A stretch of 32,261 nucleotides of DNA. Source: Pirellulales bacterium. GTDB lineage: Bacteria > Planctomycetota > Planctomycetia > Pirellulales > UBA1268. The stretch spans positions 1 to 32,261 of the forward strand of contig CAXNGP010000001.1 of assembly GCA_964201845.1 (NCBI GenBank), given 5' to 3'. Position 1 is the first letter of the stretch. Each line of letters starts with the position of its first letter. Of this stretch, positions 1 through 9,348 are shown piece by piece. The notes under the pieces are model-generated. The model was not told where the DNA came from and searched no databases. It saw nothing but the letters and a program-made list of their open reading frames with translations. The position numbers and the translations under genes are program-made.

Positions 1-3000
1 CGAGTTGCAACTCGAAACGGGTCAGGCCCCGTGAGTCGGCCCCCCAGAGCCAGACGGCGTCGGGGCTCGTGTTCTGGTCGGCAGGGCTGCCGTCGAGCGG
101 GTTGACGAGCTGGGCGAACGGCTGGTTGAAGTCCACGCGGTCGATCGCGCCGCGGTCCATGAAGACGTTGTTGCCGAGGCCCGACAGATTCGTGACGCCC
201 GGGTCGTCGCTGCGGAGTTGGCCGTAGAGGTCCCGCTCCGGCGAGATGATCGGCGACGCCGGAATCCCGATCGGCGAGTTCACCTGCACGAAATCGTTGC
301 GATCCTGGAGCGAGTCGAGCGAGCTGTCGATCGCCCGCGACCCGGCCACGAGGTAGAAGTTGTTCTTCGACGGGTTCACGAACGGGTTCGAGGTCAGCGT
401 GATGGCGTTGTTCTCCGCTACGCCGCTGGCCCCCGTCGAGTTCCAGTAGGCCGACGTGCCCACCACGGTACGGCCGCTCGACGAGCCGTCGGCCGTGATG
501 CCCTGAGCGAGGTTCACGAACAGGTTGTTGAGCAGCGTGGGCCCGGCGTTGTCGGTCACCTGGATGCCCGTACCGCGGGCCGTTTCACCGCCGTAGATTG
601 TGTTGTTGACGATCCGGCCGAAGGGTACCGCCGCCACCGGCACGTTCCCCGTGTTCGGGTCGCCGCTGAACAGAATCCCGGCCAGCCCGGCCCGGGCCAC
701 GACGTTGTTGGCCACCACGGCCCCCGCCGCCAGCCGCTGGTTGTTGAGCGTCGGCAACATCCGCGGCGTGCCGGGGTGCGGCGCGTTGCTACCGCCGTCG
801 CGGGCAGCGGCATCGATCCGAATGCCATACTGCGAGGCGCTCGTGATGATGTTCCCATCCACGAGGAACTGCCCCTGCTCACGCGGCTGGTTGCCGTCAC
901 CCAACTTGGCGCCGAAACCACCGGTCGTGGACCGCTGCGCAATCAGCCGGTCGTTGGTGTCGATCGTCTCAGGAATCGTGGTGCCGTCGGGCAGCGTGAC
1001 CGACCCGAGTTCCGTGCCTCGGCGAATCTCGAGCTGGTACGGGCCGTTGAGCACCTGGGCAGCCACGGTGTCCGTCGGGCCGGGAGTGTTCAGGTCGAAG
1101 AACGTGGTGGCGGCCGCGGTGGCCCCGGTCACGGCCTCGCCCCGCTCCGCGAACCCGATCACCAAGTCGTCGACATAGAAGCCCTCGAACTGGTTGTTCT
1201 GGCCCCGCTCCGGGCTGTTGTAGTTGCCGGTGGTGCCCGCGAGGCCGGTGATGTCGTTGAGCAGGTTTCCGTTGCCGTCCTCCTGGGTCGCGTCGAACTC
1301 GCCGGCCGTGCTGAAGTCGAACCGCAGCCGGACGTCCGCCTGGCCGGCGAACTTGCCGAGGTCGACCCGAGCCTGCCGCCAGCTGCCGGTGTCGAAGAGC
1401 TCCTGGACGTGCTGATTGTCGATCAGCTGGTCGTTCGAGAGCTTCGACGACACCGACGTGAACGCCGGCAGTTCCGCGTTGCTCGTGTCGATGGCCGACC
1501 GCGTGGCGTTGTTGGTGGCCACGAGTTCCCAGGTGAGGCCCCCGTCGATCGAGGCGAGCACCCGGGCGCTGTCCCGCATCCCATCGGTATTACTGGCGGC
1601 GTTCTGCGTGGAGAGCCAGTAGTCGAAGTACAGCGTGGCCTTGTCGGTGTAGGTGTACCCCTGGAGGTTGAACGGGTTCGTCGTCAGGCTGCCGTAGGCC
1701 CCGCCGGGAAGGTTGTAGTTGTTATTGATGGCAGGATTCAAGCTGAGATCCTGCTGCCAAGTGGCGAGATTCGCTCCGTACTGGCCGTTCACGGGCGAGT
1801 AGCCGCCGTACGGAGGGTTCGCAGCCGCATACTGCTCGAAGCCAAAGTACATGCTCAGGCCGCCACCGCCGGCATCAGCACCCCGGCGCGTCGTGGGGTG
1901 CCACATGTTGAGGTCGAGCGGCGAGAAGGCCAAGCCGCGGGCTGCGCCGGCGCCCGATGCGATTGAAAATGCGTCCGCGATCGCGTCACCGTCGGAATCG
2001 AACACGTCCTGCAAGGCACCGTTGGTGTCGAAGCAATAGAGGTTGCCGGTGCCGTCGACGGCGAACAGGAAGTCGGCGTAGAAGCCGTCCTCGAGGTTCT
2101 GCGGGCCGACCGCGAGACCCTGAAATGCGATCGGATTGCCGTTGCCGTCGAGGATCGTGTCGATCACGTTCGTCGTGACCGTGAAGTTGCCGTCGTCGAT
2201 GCCATTGATCGTGAAGAACCGCCCCGTCGTGTCCACGCCGTAGAGCGTGCCGTTAAGCCACGCCATGCCCGTGGTGCGACCAACCGCATTGAGCGGCCCC
2301 TGAAGGCCCCAGTTCTGGAGATCCACGTAGGCTGAGGACCCGTTGGCGGGATCGGCGAGATAGAGGACCGACCGATTCGCCCCCGGATCCCATACCGAAT
2401 AGACGAGATCCTGGTAATCGGCCACACCCGCCCGCCGCCAGGCCACGGCATCCACGGCGTCCGTCTGGAGACTGCTGAACGCGAACGAGTAGGTGACGGT
2501 GGGAAGTTGGACGTCGGCCCCATTCACCGGCGCCGCCCAGCTGATCGAAATCAAACCGGTATCGAGGTCGATCGTCCCGGAGGGCGTGTTTCCGGTGGGC
2601 CCGTTGACGGAGACCTCCGGCCCGAACGTGAGCGGGAGCGTGGCCTGGAAGCCACCGGGCGTCGCAGTGAACGTCCAGGTGCCAGTCCGCTGCACGTTGG
2701 GAGTCACCGTCGTGTCGAGGAACGAGAGCCGGACCGAGCCGGTGATGGCGGCAGTCGGAGGAGGCACCAGGTCTTCCTGGGCGAGTTGGAACGTGGTGAC
2801 GTTGACCACTCCTGCCTGCCGGGCAGCCACGTTGGTCTGCGTGGTCTGGACAGGATCTGCGATCTGGTCGTTGCCGATGACGGTCACCGCTCCGGTCCCG
2901 GTGTCGACGAGGCCCAGTTGTCCGGCCGTGGTCGTGTTGCCGTTGACGCCCCGGTAGACGTACAGATTGCCGTCCGACCGCATGACCATGTCGCCCGTCG

Positions 3001-6000
3001 TCGTGGCGGGGCCGTAGTTGCCCACGAGCGTCGTCTCCACGCCGCCCCGCATCGCGTCAACCGTGACGAGCGAACTGCCCGTCATCACAAACAGCGTCAC
3101 GTCGGAGAGCGTGAAGGGCGTGACATAGGTCTCGAGGTCGGTCGTGTCGATCAGCGCTTCCTCGGGCGGAAGGCCCGTGCCGATCCGGTCGGTCACGATC
3201 CGGTCGACGCTGGCGATCGGCTCGAGCCGCAGGAGCGTGTTGGCGGCAGCACTGCCAAACGTGGCATTGAGCTGCGTCGGCAGCCGCTCGTTCGACGAGA
3301 TCGCCACGTAGTAACGAAGCTGATTGGCGGGATTGGGAGCAGTCGGCGGCAGGCCGGTGTCGCCGCCGCCACTGCCGGTCGGGCCGCCGGCCGTGAGGTT
3401 GACCGTGCCGATGAATGGATCGAGTTTGCCAATGGAGCCCTTCGACAGATCGTCGAAGTCGTTGCCCTGCGACGTGCCCGGCTGGTCATCGGAGACGTCC
3501 GAGTCGCGGCCGACGTAGAGCAGCGTGCCCGTCGAGTCGAACACCGAGATCGTCAGGTCGCCCCGGAACCCGTCCGCGTAGTCGATGTCGAACATCGTGG
3601 CCCACGAATACGGCCCGTCGTTGACGCCACCGATGCTCTGCAACTGCTCGTAGTTGAGCGCGAACGTGTACCAGTCGACATCCCCCTCGGCAGCGATCGT
3701 GCCGCCCACGCTCAGCGCACCACGATTGCTCTCGAGGACGTTGCCGACGTACTGCGCCGTCGCGAACGTGTTATTGTTATCGGTGGGGTTCTCGCCCGTG
3801 TCCGACACGAGCGGCGAGTTGCTCGGCAGTCCCTGAACGTCGATTCCGACCGTGGGATAGCGGACGTCGGCATACCGGACGGTGGAGCCGGGCTTTTCGT
3901 CCCGCTGCCGCAGCCGGATGCGGAGTTCGTAGCGGCCGCTCGTCGCACCGGCGTCGAGGAGCGCCGGGTTGGAGAGGTCGGAGCGGTACTGCGCCGCCGT
4001 CGTGGCGGCCACGGTGCCGTTCGTCACACCGGTCGCCACGGGCTCGTACCGCGGCTGGCTCCGAACACGCACGTAGTAGCGGTTTTGAACACCCTGGGCG
4101 CCCGGCAGGATCAGCCGCATGCCGGCGTCCCGGGCGTTCTGCGTGAAGTAGTCGCCACCGCGCCACGTTTCCTTGGCGAGCGTCTGGGCCGCGCCCGCGA
4201 CCGCCGTGAGCGCAGGCGTGCCGTACGAGTAACGCACCTCGATCGCAGTCTCGCCGATTCCACCGCCGCTGTAGGTGAGCGTGAGTCGGCCCGTCACGAG
4301 ATTTAGTGAGCCACCCGTGGCGTATTCGCCCGTGCCCCCCTGGGCAACGGGCGCCCCATTCGGCGTGCCCAGCAGGTCGCGGCCCAGAACGTTTTGGAAG
4401 GTGATCGCGCCGACGGCGTTCACCGAGAACGTCTGAATGGCCACTGGCACCGGTATCAGCCCCGGGAGGATCTCGTAGATCACGCCGCTGAGCGTGCCCG
4501 GCAGCAGACTGAACTCGCCCGTGGTCAGCCCATCGGGCGCGAACTGGTAGGTCACGCTCGTGCCGCCCACGGCGTCTTGCACGATCTCGCCCTGAGCCAC
4601 GCCCCCCTCCGCGACCGAATCGGCCGACCTGGCCAGCACGTTGCCCGCCGCGTCGAGAACCTCCACCATCGCATCGAGCGCGGGGCTCGTCTTGTCAAGG
4701 TCGATCCAGACCTCCGAGCCGGCGTAGCCTATGAACGTGAAGACGTCGCGGTCGGAGGCGTCGTCGAACGCCACGTTCCCATGAACCTCGAAGCCGAGCC
4801 GGCGATTCTCGTCGCCGCTCTTTTCCTGGGCCGACTCCCAGCTGTTGGTGCCGGTGGCGAAGTTCGGGGCCAAGACACCGAGGTTTTGGGCGTCGTTCGT
4901 GGTCGCGTTCGCGTCGATCCCCGCGGTATATGCCTTCTCGGCCTCGGTCAGGATGGTGACGTTGCGGTCGTTCGAGAATGGCAGGAACAGCAGGCTCCGC
5001 CAATCGCCGGCGGCCGGCACCGTGGCCGAGCCGTCGACGTTGGTGTCGGTCACCAACCGGCCGAGCGGATCGATGCTGGCACCGGCCGTGTCGTCCCGCA
5101 GCGACGTCAGGATGACGGGGAAGCTGGGCTGGCCCACCACCTGCACGGTGCCGCCGATCCGGTCGGCGATGTCGAGGTTCTCGCCGGCCGCCGTGAAGCC
5201 CGCCTCCGGCCCGGCGAGCTTCACCACCAAGCTGGCGTCAGGCCGGCTGAGAAGTCTCACACCCGTGGCCGTGTGGAAGTTTTGGACGACGATCTCATCC
5301 TGGAGCACGTGGACCATGTCGACGTCGTCCCAGACGCTCTCGACGGTGATCTCGCCGCCGCGCACGACCATCCCGGCGGTCGCCTGGCCCCCGACGCCGT
5401 ACGACAGCCGGTTGGCGCGGACGAGCGGCCCGAAGTTGTCGTCGTAGCCGGTGGCGCGGTCGATCCCGCCCGTGCTGCGGCCGGCGTCGCCCCGCTGCAC
5501 GTCCGCGAGTGCGTTGGCGTTGACGCTGATGACCGCCCCCAGGTTCGAGCGGAAGTCGTTCCCCACGATGATCGACTGCGACCCAAGCACGTACACGGTC
5601 GCCGCGTCGTTGCCGCCCCGGCCCGTGCGGTTCGACGAGGCCGTCCCGGCTGCGTTGTTCTCCACCCGGCTGTTGGCCAGCCGCAGGTCGCCCTGATGGA
5701 CCTCCAGCGCGTTGAACCGGTCGAAGCCGCCCTCGATCGGGGTCTCGCCGCCGCCGAACGCCAAGTAGGCCCGGTCGATGCTCGCCCGGGCGCCCGCGTT
5801 GACGATGATGCCGCCCCAGTCGCCGACCGTCAGCGTGCCGATCGCGCGGCCCACGGTGTCGAACTTGTCGGGCACGTTGCCGTTGGTGTCGAACGAGCCG
5901 CCGGCTCCGTAGCGGTTGTCGCCCAAGCTCGTGAAGATCACCGACTTGCCAGGGGCACCTTCGGCGATGAGTTGCGCGGTACCCCGCTCGAGTTCGATCC

Positions 6001-8935
6001 GCGAGCCCTGGAGCTTGACGACCACACCCGCGTCGAACGCCAGCCGTCCCGTCCGACGGGCCTGCTCCACGCCGCCGACCTCGACGTAGCCACCGGCGCC
6101 GCCGTTGATCACCAGGTTCTCCTGGATCACGTACACGATGTCGGTGCTCTTGAGTCGCGCCGGGACGTCGAGCCGATCGAGAGGCGTGCCAAACTGCGTC
6201 TCGATCTTGACGAACAGGCCGTTGACGGAGTTATCCGTCAGGCGGTTACCCCGCAACTCAGGTCCGACGCGGTCGCCAGTGTCCTCAAAGCTATTGGGCG
6301 TGGCGGCGATCCCGGCCCCGGCGCTGAACCGGATCCTGTTGAAGAGCACCGTCGGCCGGGTGCTCTCGAGCTGCACCGGCGCGTAGGAATCCAGCTGCGA
6401 ATCGACCCGCACCTGGCCGCCCCCGTAGCGGATGTCGGCGCCGGTGACCGAGTTGACGAAGGCCCGCCTCGACGCGGCATCGGAATCCTGCCGCAGCACG
6501 AGGCCACCCCACTGCCCCGACTGGACGGCCGGCCCGAAACCGTCGGAGTTGCCGCCGATGGTGTCGTCGTACCAGGACGTGAACGTGACCTGCGAGCCGG
6601 CGTACGAGCGGGTCGCCGGCACGCCGAGCACTTGGAGCGCGGCGCCCGCCCGCGACACGAGCTGCGACGAACTGCCGACATCGATGTTGGCGGCCCGTAG
6701 CTTGAACACGGCACCGCCGTCGATCATGACCGTGACGTTGGCCGGCACGTCGAAGGTGGCCCCGTCCGCGAGCGGCCGACTGGAGAGATCGGTGCCGATC
6801 TGATACGGAGCGGCCGCGGTGCCTGCGATCCGGATCAGCCTGGTCGATGGCTGCACAGCGCTCAGTGCGGCCTGGATCGTCTTGTAGGGATTGGCGAGTG
6901 TGCCGTCACCGCTTCCTGCAACCGGGCTTGACTTGTCGACGTAGATCGTGCTGGCCGACGCCGCGGCGTTGAACCAGAACCGGAACACGCCGCCCGCCAC
7001 CCCGTCTCGATCGCCGTCGACGGGCCTGCCAGAGAGATCGACGATCGTGTTCGCGGACGCGGACGCCGGCGTGAACCCGAGATTGAGCCTGTAGGCACCG
7101 TCGGTTCGGCCATTGGCGCCGGAGTCGCTGATGGCCGGGTCGAAGGCGGTATTGCCCGTGCTCGTGACCGCAACGAAGTAGTTGCCGGCCCCGAGATCCA
7201 GGCCGACGAACGAATCGCGGCCGTAGTAGTCGTCGTTGCGGGCCACGAGCGTCCGCACCGCCCGCCCGCCGACGACCTCCTCCTTGTAGAGGGAGATCAC
7301 CGTGTCGAGCCGGCTGGTGATCGGCTGACCCGGGCGGGCGACCACCGTCTCGGCGGTGAAGCGGCCAGCCTCGGCGAGCGTGAACCGGTAAACGTCGATG
7401 TCCGAACCATTGGGCGGATAAAGCTGCCGGAGGTGCTCGATGTCGTAGTCGCCGGGGAAGATCGGTTCGCCCCCGAGATCGGCGCCCATGATCGAGGGCA
7501 GGTCGTAGGTGTGCTGCAGGCCCAGGGCGTGGCCGATTTCGTGCATGGCCACCCCGAACCAACCGCCCCCGTACTCGCTGTCGCCCCAGTTGATGAGCGA
7601 GTTCATCAGCGCCCCGGCACCGCCACCGAGCCCGGCCACGGAGCCAGCCGGGATGTTCGGGGAGAAGGCCCGCAGGTCGCCCGTGGCCACCATCAGGGAC
7701 GGTACAAAGGGGTTGTAGTCGACCTCGACGAACCGCAGGCCCGATTGCAGGCTGAAGAGTTCGAAGATCTCCCGGGCCCGCTGCTTTTGGGCCTCGGTGA
7801 TCACGTTTTGCAGGTCGTTGCCCTGCGGATCCTGGCCGATCACATCGCGGAAGTCGTACCGCACGGTGGTGATGCCCGTGGCTTGATCGACGACCGCGAA
7901 CGCCGGCGTGCCGTGGGTGCCGCTGTCCACCGGAACGTCTCGTTGGCCGGGGGTATCGAGCGCACCCGGCTGGACGGGAAACTCGAGATTCCCCACCGGC
8001 GTCGGCAGCGTCGCCCTTGCATCAATCGAGGCATCGATCTGGACGCCCGCCGAACTCAGCGTGCTGAGATTGCGAGCCGTCGTGAAGCTCGAGTTGTCGT
8101 CCCCGCCCGCCGCGAACACCACCGGTGCCACGGCCGCTGCACCGCCGATCTCCAGCCGATACAGGCCAACGGCGTCACGAAGGGCCGCCCCGAAGAACAG
8201 CGTGGCCCGTCCCGTCGTCGGGTCGTACGTGACACCTGTGGGGCTTACGGCGGCCCCCTCGGCATTCGTCGCCGGATCGACCTGGATCAGGCGATAGAAA
8301 CCGCGGTTTTGGACCGCTGACGCCAGCAGCGGATCCTCGGTATTGAAGTAGACGTGGATCTGGCCGCGGGACTGGCTCAGAGGGCCCGAGGCGCCCCGGA
8401 CCACCGGTTGAGGCACAACGCCCACCACGAACGCGCCCAGGTCGAGCCGGACGTTCACCGTCGTCGCCGCAGCAGAGTCGGCCGGGGCCAGCGACCGCAG
8501 GCCGGCGCCGACGTTGATCTGGTACGAGCCGTCCGGCAGCGCCTCCTTGAACCGCACAACCACCTGGTTTTGGTTGGGCAAGTCGTCGACCGAGAGGCCA
8601 ACGTCCACGGGCCCACCACCCGCCGCGCTGACGATCGTCACGTTGCCGGCGAGTGTCGCCGGATCGATCCGCACTCCCGGGCTGAACCGCAGCGTGATCT
8701 GCTGCGGAGCCTCGCCGAGCGAGACGACCGCCGGGCTGGCATCCTTGACGTAGAACGGCGTCACGCTGTCGGCATAGGCGGCGACGAGGTCGAACGCCAT
8801 CACACGCCGGTGCTCGAGCCGTTCGGGTGGCGATGCGATTCCGCGCTGACGTCCGTGCCGGACCGCGCCCTGGCGCCGAACCCGACGCTTCCCAAACAGC
8901 CTGCCCAAGGACGACGAACGTGGTGATCTGCGCAT
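1..8935 (-). CDS. Giant secreted multidomain protein with a metzincin (M10-like) zinc-protease domain, PPC-like domains and parallel beta-helix modules. Partial: the 3' end lies beyond the left window edge.
   Basis: Missing from the ORF track because it runs off the edge. My reverse-strand translation from ATG 8935-8933 (alternative ATG 8800-8798) reaches position 1 without a stop, about 2,978 codons. All five long + strand ORFs here (218-1966, 2507-4306, 4394-6700, 7433-8320, 8354-8926) lie in the single codon-aligned antisense frame, the usual shadow of a GC3-rich gene on the other strand. Motifs: HEIGHALGLQH (7511-7543) with a downstream 'PSIMG' Met-turn candidate; PPC-like cores 'DIDVYRFTL' (~7385-7402), 'DRDVFTFIGY' (4721-4753) and 'GDVDWYTFAL' (3653-3685); beta-helix start 'IYVDKSSPVAGSGDGTLANPYKTIQAAL' (6860-6946). 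Confidence 0.85.
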   Translation of the reverse strand, partial: MRRSPRSSSLGRLFGKRRVRRQGAVRHGRQRGIASPPERLEHRRVMAFDLVAAYADSVTPFYVKDASPAVVSLGEAPQQITLRFSPGVRIDPATLAGNVTIVSAAGGGPVDVGLSVDDLPNQNQVVVRFKEALPDGSYQINVGAGLRSLAPADSAAATTVNVRLDLGAFVVGVVPQPVVRGASGPLSQSRGQIHVYFNTEDPLLASAVQNRGFYRLIQVDPATNAEGAAVSPTGVTYDPTTGRATLFFGAALRDAVGLYRLEIGGAAAVAPVVFAAGGDDNSSFTTARNLSTLSSAGVQIDASIDARATLPTPVGNLEFPVQPGALDTPGQRDVPVDSGTHGTPAFAVVDQATGITTVRYDFRDVIGQDPQGNDLQNVITEAQKQRAREIFELFSLQSGLRFVEVDYNPFVPSLMVATGDLRAFSPNIPAGSVAGLGGGAGALMNSLINWGDSEYGGGWFGVAMHEIGHALGLQHTYDLPSIMGADLGGEPIFPGDYDIEHLRQLYPPNGSDIDVYRFTLAEAGRFTAETVVARPGQPITSRLDTVISLYKEEVVGGRAVRTLVARNDDYYGRDSFVGLDLGAGNYFVAVTSTGNTAFDPAISDSGANGRTDGAYRLNLGFTPASASANTIVDLSGRPVDGDRDGVAGGVFRFWFNAAASASTIYVDKSSPVAGSGDGTLANPYKTIQAALSAVQPSTRLIRIAGTAAAPYQIGTDLSSRPLADGATFDVPANVTVMIDGGAVFKLRAANIDVGSSSQLVSRAGAALQVLGVPATRSYAGSQVTFTSWYDDTIGGNSDGFGPAVQSGQWGGLVLRQDSDAASRRAFVNSVTGADIRYGGGQVRVDSQLDSYAPVQLESTRPTVLFNRIRFSAGAGIAATPNSFEDTGDRVGPELRGNRLTDNSVNGLFVKIETQFGTPLDRLDVPARLKSTDIVYVIQENLVINGGAGGYVEVGGVEQARRTGRLAFDAGVVVKLQGSRIELERGTAQLIAEGAPGKSVIFTSLGDNRYGAGGSFDTNGNVPDKFDTVGRAIGTLTVGDWGGIIVNAGARASIDRAYLAFGGGETPIEGGFDRFNALEVHQGDLRLANSRVENNAAGTASSNRTGRGGNDAATVYVLGSQSIIVGNDFRSNLGAVISVNANALADVQRGDAGRSTGGIDRATGYDDNFGPLVRANRLSYGVGGQATAGMVVRGGEITVESVWDDVDMVHVLQDEIVVQNFHTATGVRLLSRPDASLVVKLAGPEAGFTAAGENLDIADRIGGTVQVVGQPSFPVILTSLRDDTAGASIDPLGRLVTDTNVDGSATVPAAGDWRSLLFLPFSNDRNVTILTEAEKAYTAGIDANATTNDAQNLGVLAPNFATGTNSWESAQEKSGDENRRLGFEVHGNVAFDDASDRDVFTFIGYAGSEVWIDLDKTSPALDAMVEVLDAAGNVLARSADSVAEGGVAQGEIVQDAVGGTSVTYQFAPDGLTTGEFSLLPGTLSGVIYEILPGLIPVPVAIQTFSVNAVGAITFQNVLGRDLLGTPNGAPVAQGGTGEYATGGSLNLVTGRLTLTYSGGGIGETAIEVRYSYGTPALTAVAGAAQTLAKETWRGGDYFTQNARDAGMRLILPGAQGVQNRYYVRVRSQPRYEPVATGVTNGTVAATTAAQYRSDLSNPALLDAGATSGRYELRIRLRQRDEKPGSTVRYADVRYPTVGIDVQGLPSNSPLVSDTGENPTDNNNTFATAQYVGNVLESNRGALSVGGTIAAEGDVDWYTFALNYEQLQSIGGVNDGPYSWATMFDIDYADGFRGDLTISVFDSTGTLLYVGRDSDVSDDQPGTSQGNDFDDLSKGSIGKLDPFIGTVNLTAGGPTGSGGGDTGLPPTAPNPANQLRYYVAISSNERLPTQLNATFGSAAANTLLRLEPIASVDRIVTDRIGTGLPPEEALIDTTDLETYVTPFTLSDVTLFVMTGSSLVTVDAMRGGVETTLVGNYGPATTTGDMVMRSDGNLYVYRGVNGNTTTAGQLGLVDTGTGAVTVIGNDQIADPVQTTQTNVAARQAGVVNVTTFQLAQEDLVPPPTAAITGSVRLSFLDTTVTPNVQRTGTWTFTATPGGFQATLPLTFGPEVSVNGPTGNTPSGTIDLDTGLISISWAAPVNGADVQLPTVTYSFAFSSLQTDAVDAVAWRRAGVADYQDLVYSVWDPGANRSVLYLADPANGSSAYVDLQNWGLQGPLNAVGRTTGMAWLNGTLYGVDTTGRFFTINGIDDGNFTVTTNVIDTILDGNGNPIAFQGLAVGPQNLEDGFYADFLFAVDGTGNLYCFDTNGALQDVFDSDGDAIADAFSIASGAGAARGLAFSPLDLNMWHPTTRRGADAGGGGLSMYFGFEQYAAANPPYGGYSPVNGQYGANLATWQQDLSLNPAINNNYNLPGGAYGSLTTNPFNLQGYTYTDKATLYFDYWLSTQNAASNTDGMRDSARVLASIDGGLTWELVATNNATRSAIDTSNAELPAFTSVSSKLSNDQLIDNQHVQELFDTGSWRQARVDLGKFAGQADVRLRFDFSTAGEFDATQEDGNGNLLNDITGLAGTTGNYNSPERGQNNQFEGFYVDDLVIGFAERGEAVTGATAAATTFFDLNTPGPTDTVAAQVLNGPYQLEIRRGTELGSVTLPDGTTIPETIDTNDRLIAQRSTTGGFGAKLGDGNQPREQGQFLVDGNIITSASQYGIRIDAAARDGGSNAPHPGTPRMLPTLNNQRLAAGAVVANNVVARAGLAGILFSGDPNTGNVPVAAVPFGRIVNNTIYGGETARGTGIQVTDNAGPTLLNNLFVNLAQGITADGSSSGRTVVGTSAYWNSTGASGVAENNAITLTSNPFVNPSKNNFYLVAGSRAIDSSLDSLQDRNDFVQVNSPIGIPASPIISPERDLYGQLRSDDPGVTNLSGLGNNVFMDRGAIDRVDFNQPFAQLVNPLDGSPADQNTSPDAVWLWGADSRGLTRFELQL

Positions 8936-9128
8936 TGGACCGCCGGGAGGGGGAGGGATGTTCCTCGAACGTATCTTCGTCACTACCGGCACCAGCCGCT
9001 CGGCGGACCCCGCCCGGCCGTCACCTATTGGTCACACGTCATCCCCTACGCCACTTACGCGACCGGTTCCCGATGGCATCGGGCGGCTCGTACCCTTGGC
9101 GGGAGAACGCGTTGCATCAAATACGCAT

Positions 9129-9165
9129 CCCTGCTCAGAAAGTTCGAGGGTAGCAGGGTATTTTC
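9129..9165 (+). terminator. Terminator-like hairpin with a U-tract in the divergent intergenic region; function unknown
   Basis: CCCTGCT (9129-9135) pairs perfectly with AGCAGGG (9152-9158) across a 16-nt loop. It is followed directly by TATTTTC. No + strand gene lies upstream for it to terminate, so it could be an attenuator or the end of a small RNA. Confidence 0.25.
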
Positions 9166-9224
9166 AAGGCGGCAAGCAACGGGTAGGGCCGAATACGGCG
9201 GAAAAACCGGCCGATCGCTACCTT

Positions 9225-9256
9225 CTGGCGAACCGGCCCACTGGCGAACCGACCCA
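9225..9256. repeat. Tandem 16-bp direct repeat (2 copies, 15/16 identical) upstream of the BtuF-like gene
   Basis: CTGGCGAACCGGCCCA (9225-9240) is immediately followed by CTGGCGAACCGACCCA (9241-9256), about 93 bp upstream of the ATG at 9349. Confidence 0.8.
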
Positions 9257-9348
9257 CGGCAGCCCCGGGGCGGGAGCCGGCCACAAACCGTTCAAACCAC
9301 CGGCCGCGACGGAGAGCGTTGAAAACCCGGTAGCCGGAACACGTCACC

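Noticed and set aside
218-8926. Five long + strand ORFs (218-1966, 2507-4306, 4394-6700, 7433-8320, 8354-8926) and many short ORFs on both strands
   Set aside because: Their translations are Arg/Gly/Val/His-rich and have no recognisable motifs. All five lie in the single frame that is codon-aligned antisense to the minus-strand giant gene. In that frame, GC3-rich sense codons give antisense codons that start with G or C, which suppresses stops. They are shadow ORFs.
8936-9348. A possible cobalamin riboswitch upstream of the BtuF-like gene ('GGCGGAAAAACCGG', 'GCCCACTGG')
   Set aside because: The context is tempting. However, the 'CCCACTGG' string is created by the junction of the 16-bp tandem repeat. 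I could find no 'AGCCAGGAGACCTGCC'-type B12 box and no proper GGGAA/GGTG..AA.TCC core. An Infernal scan with RF00174 would settle it. As it stands the call is not supportable.
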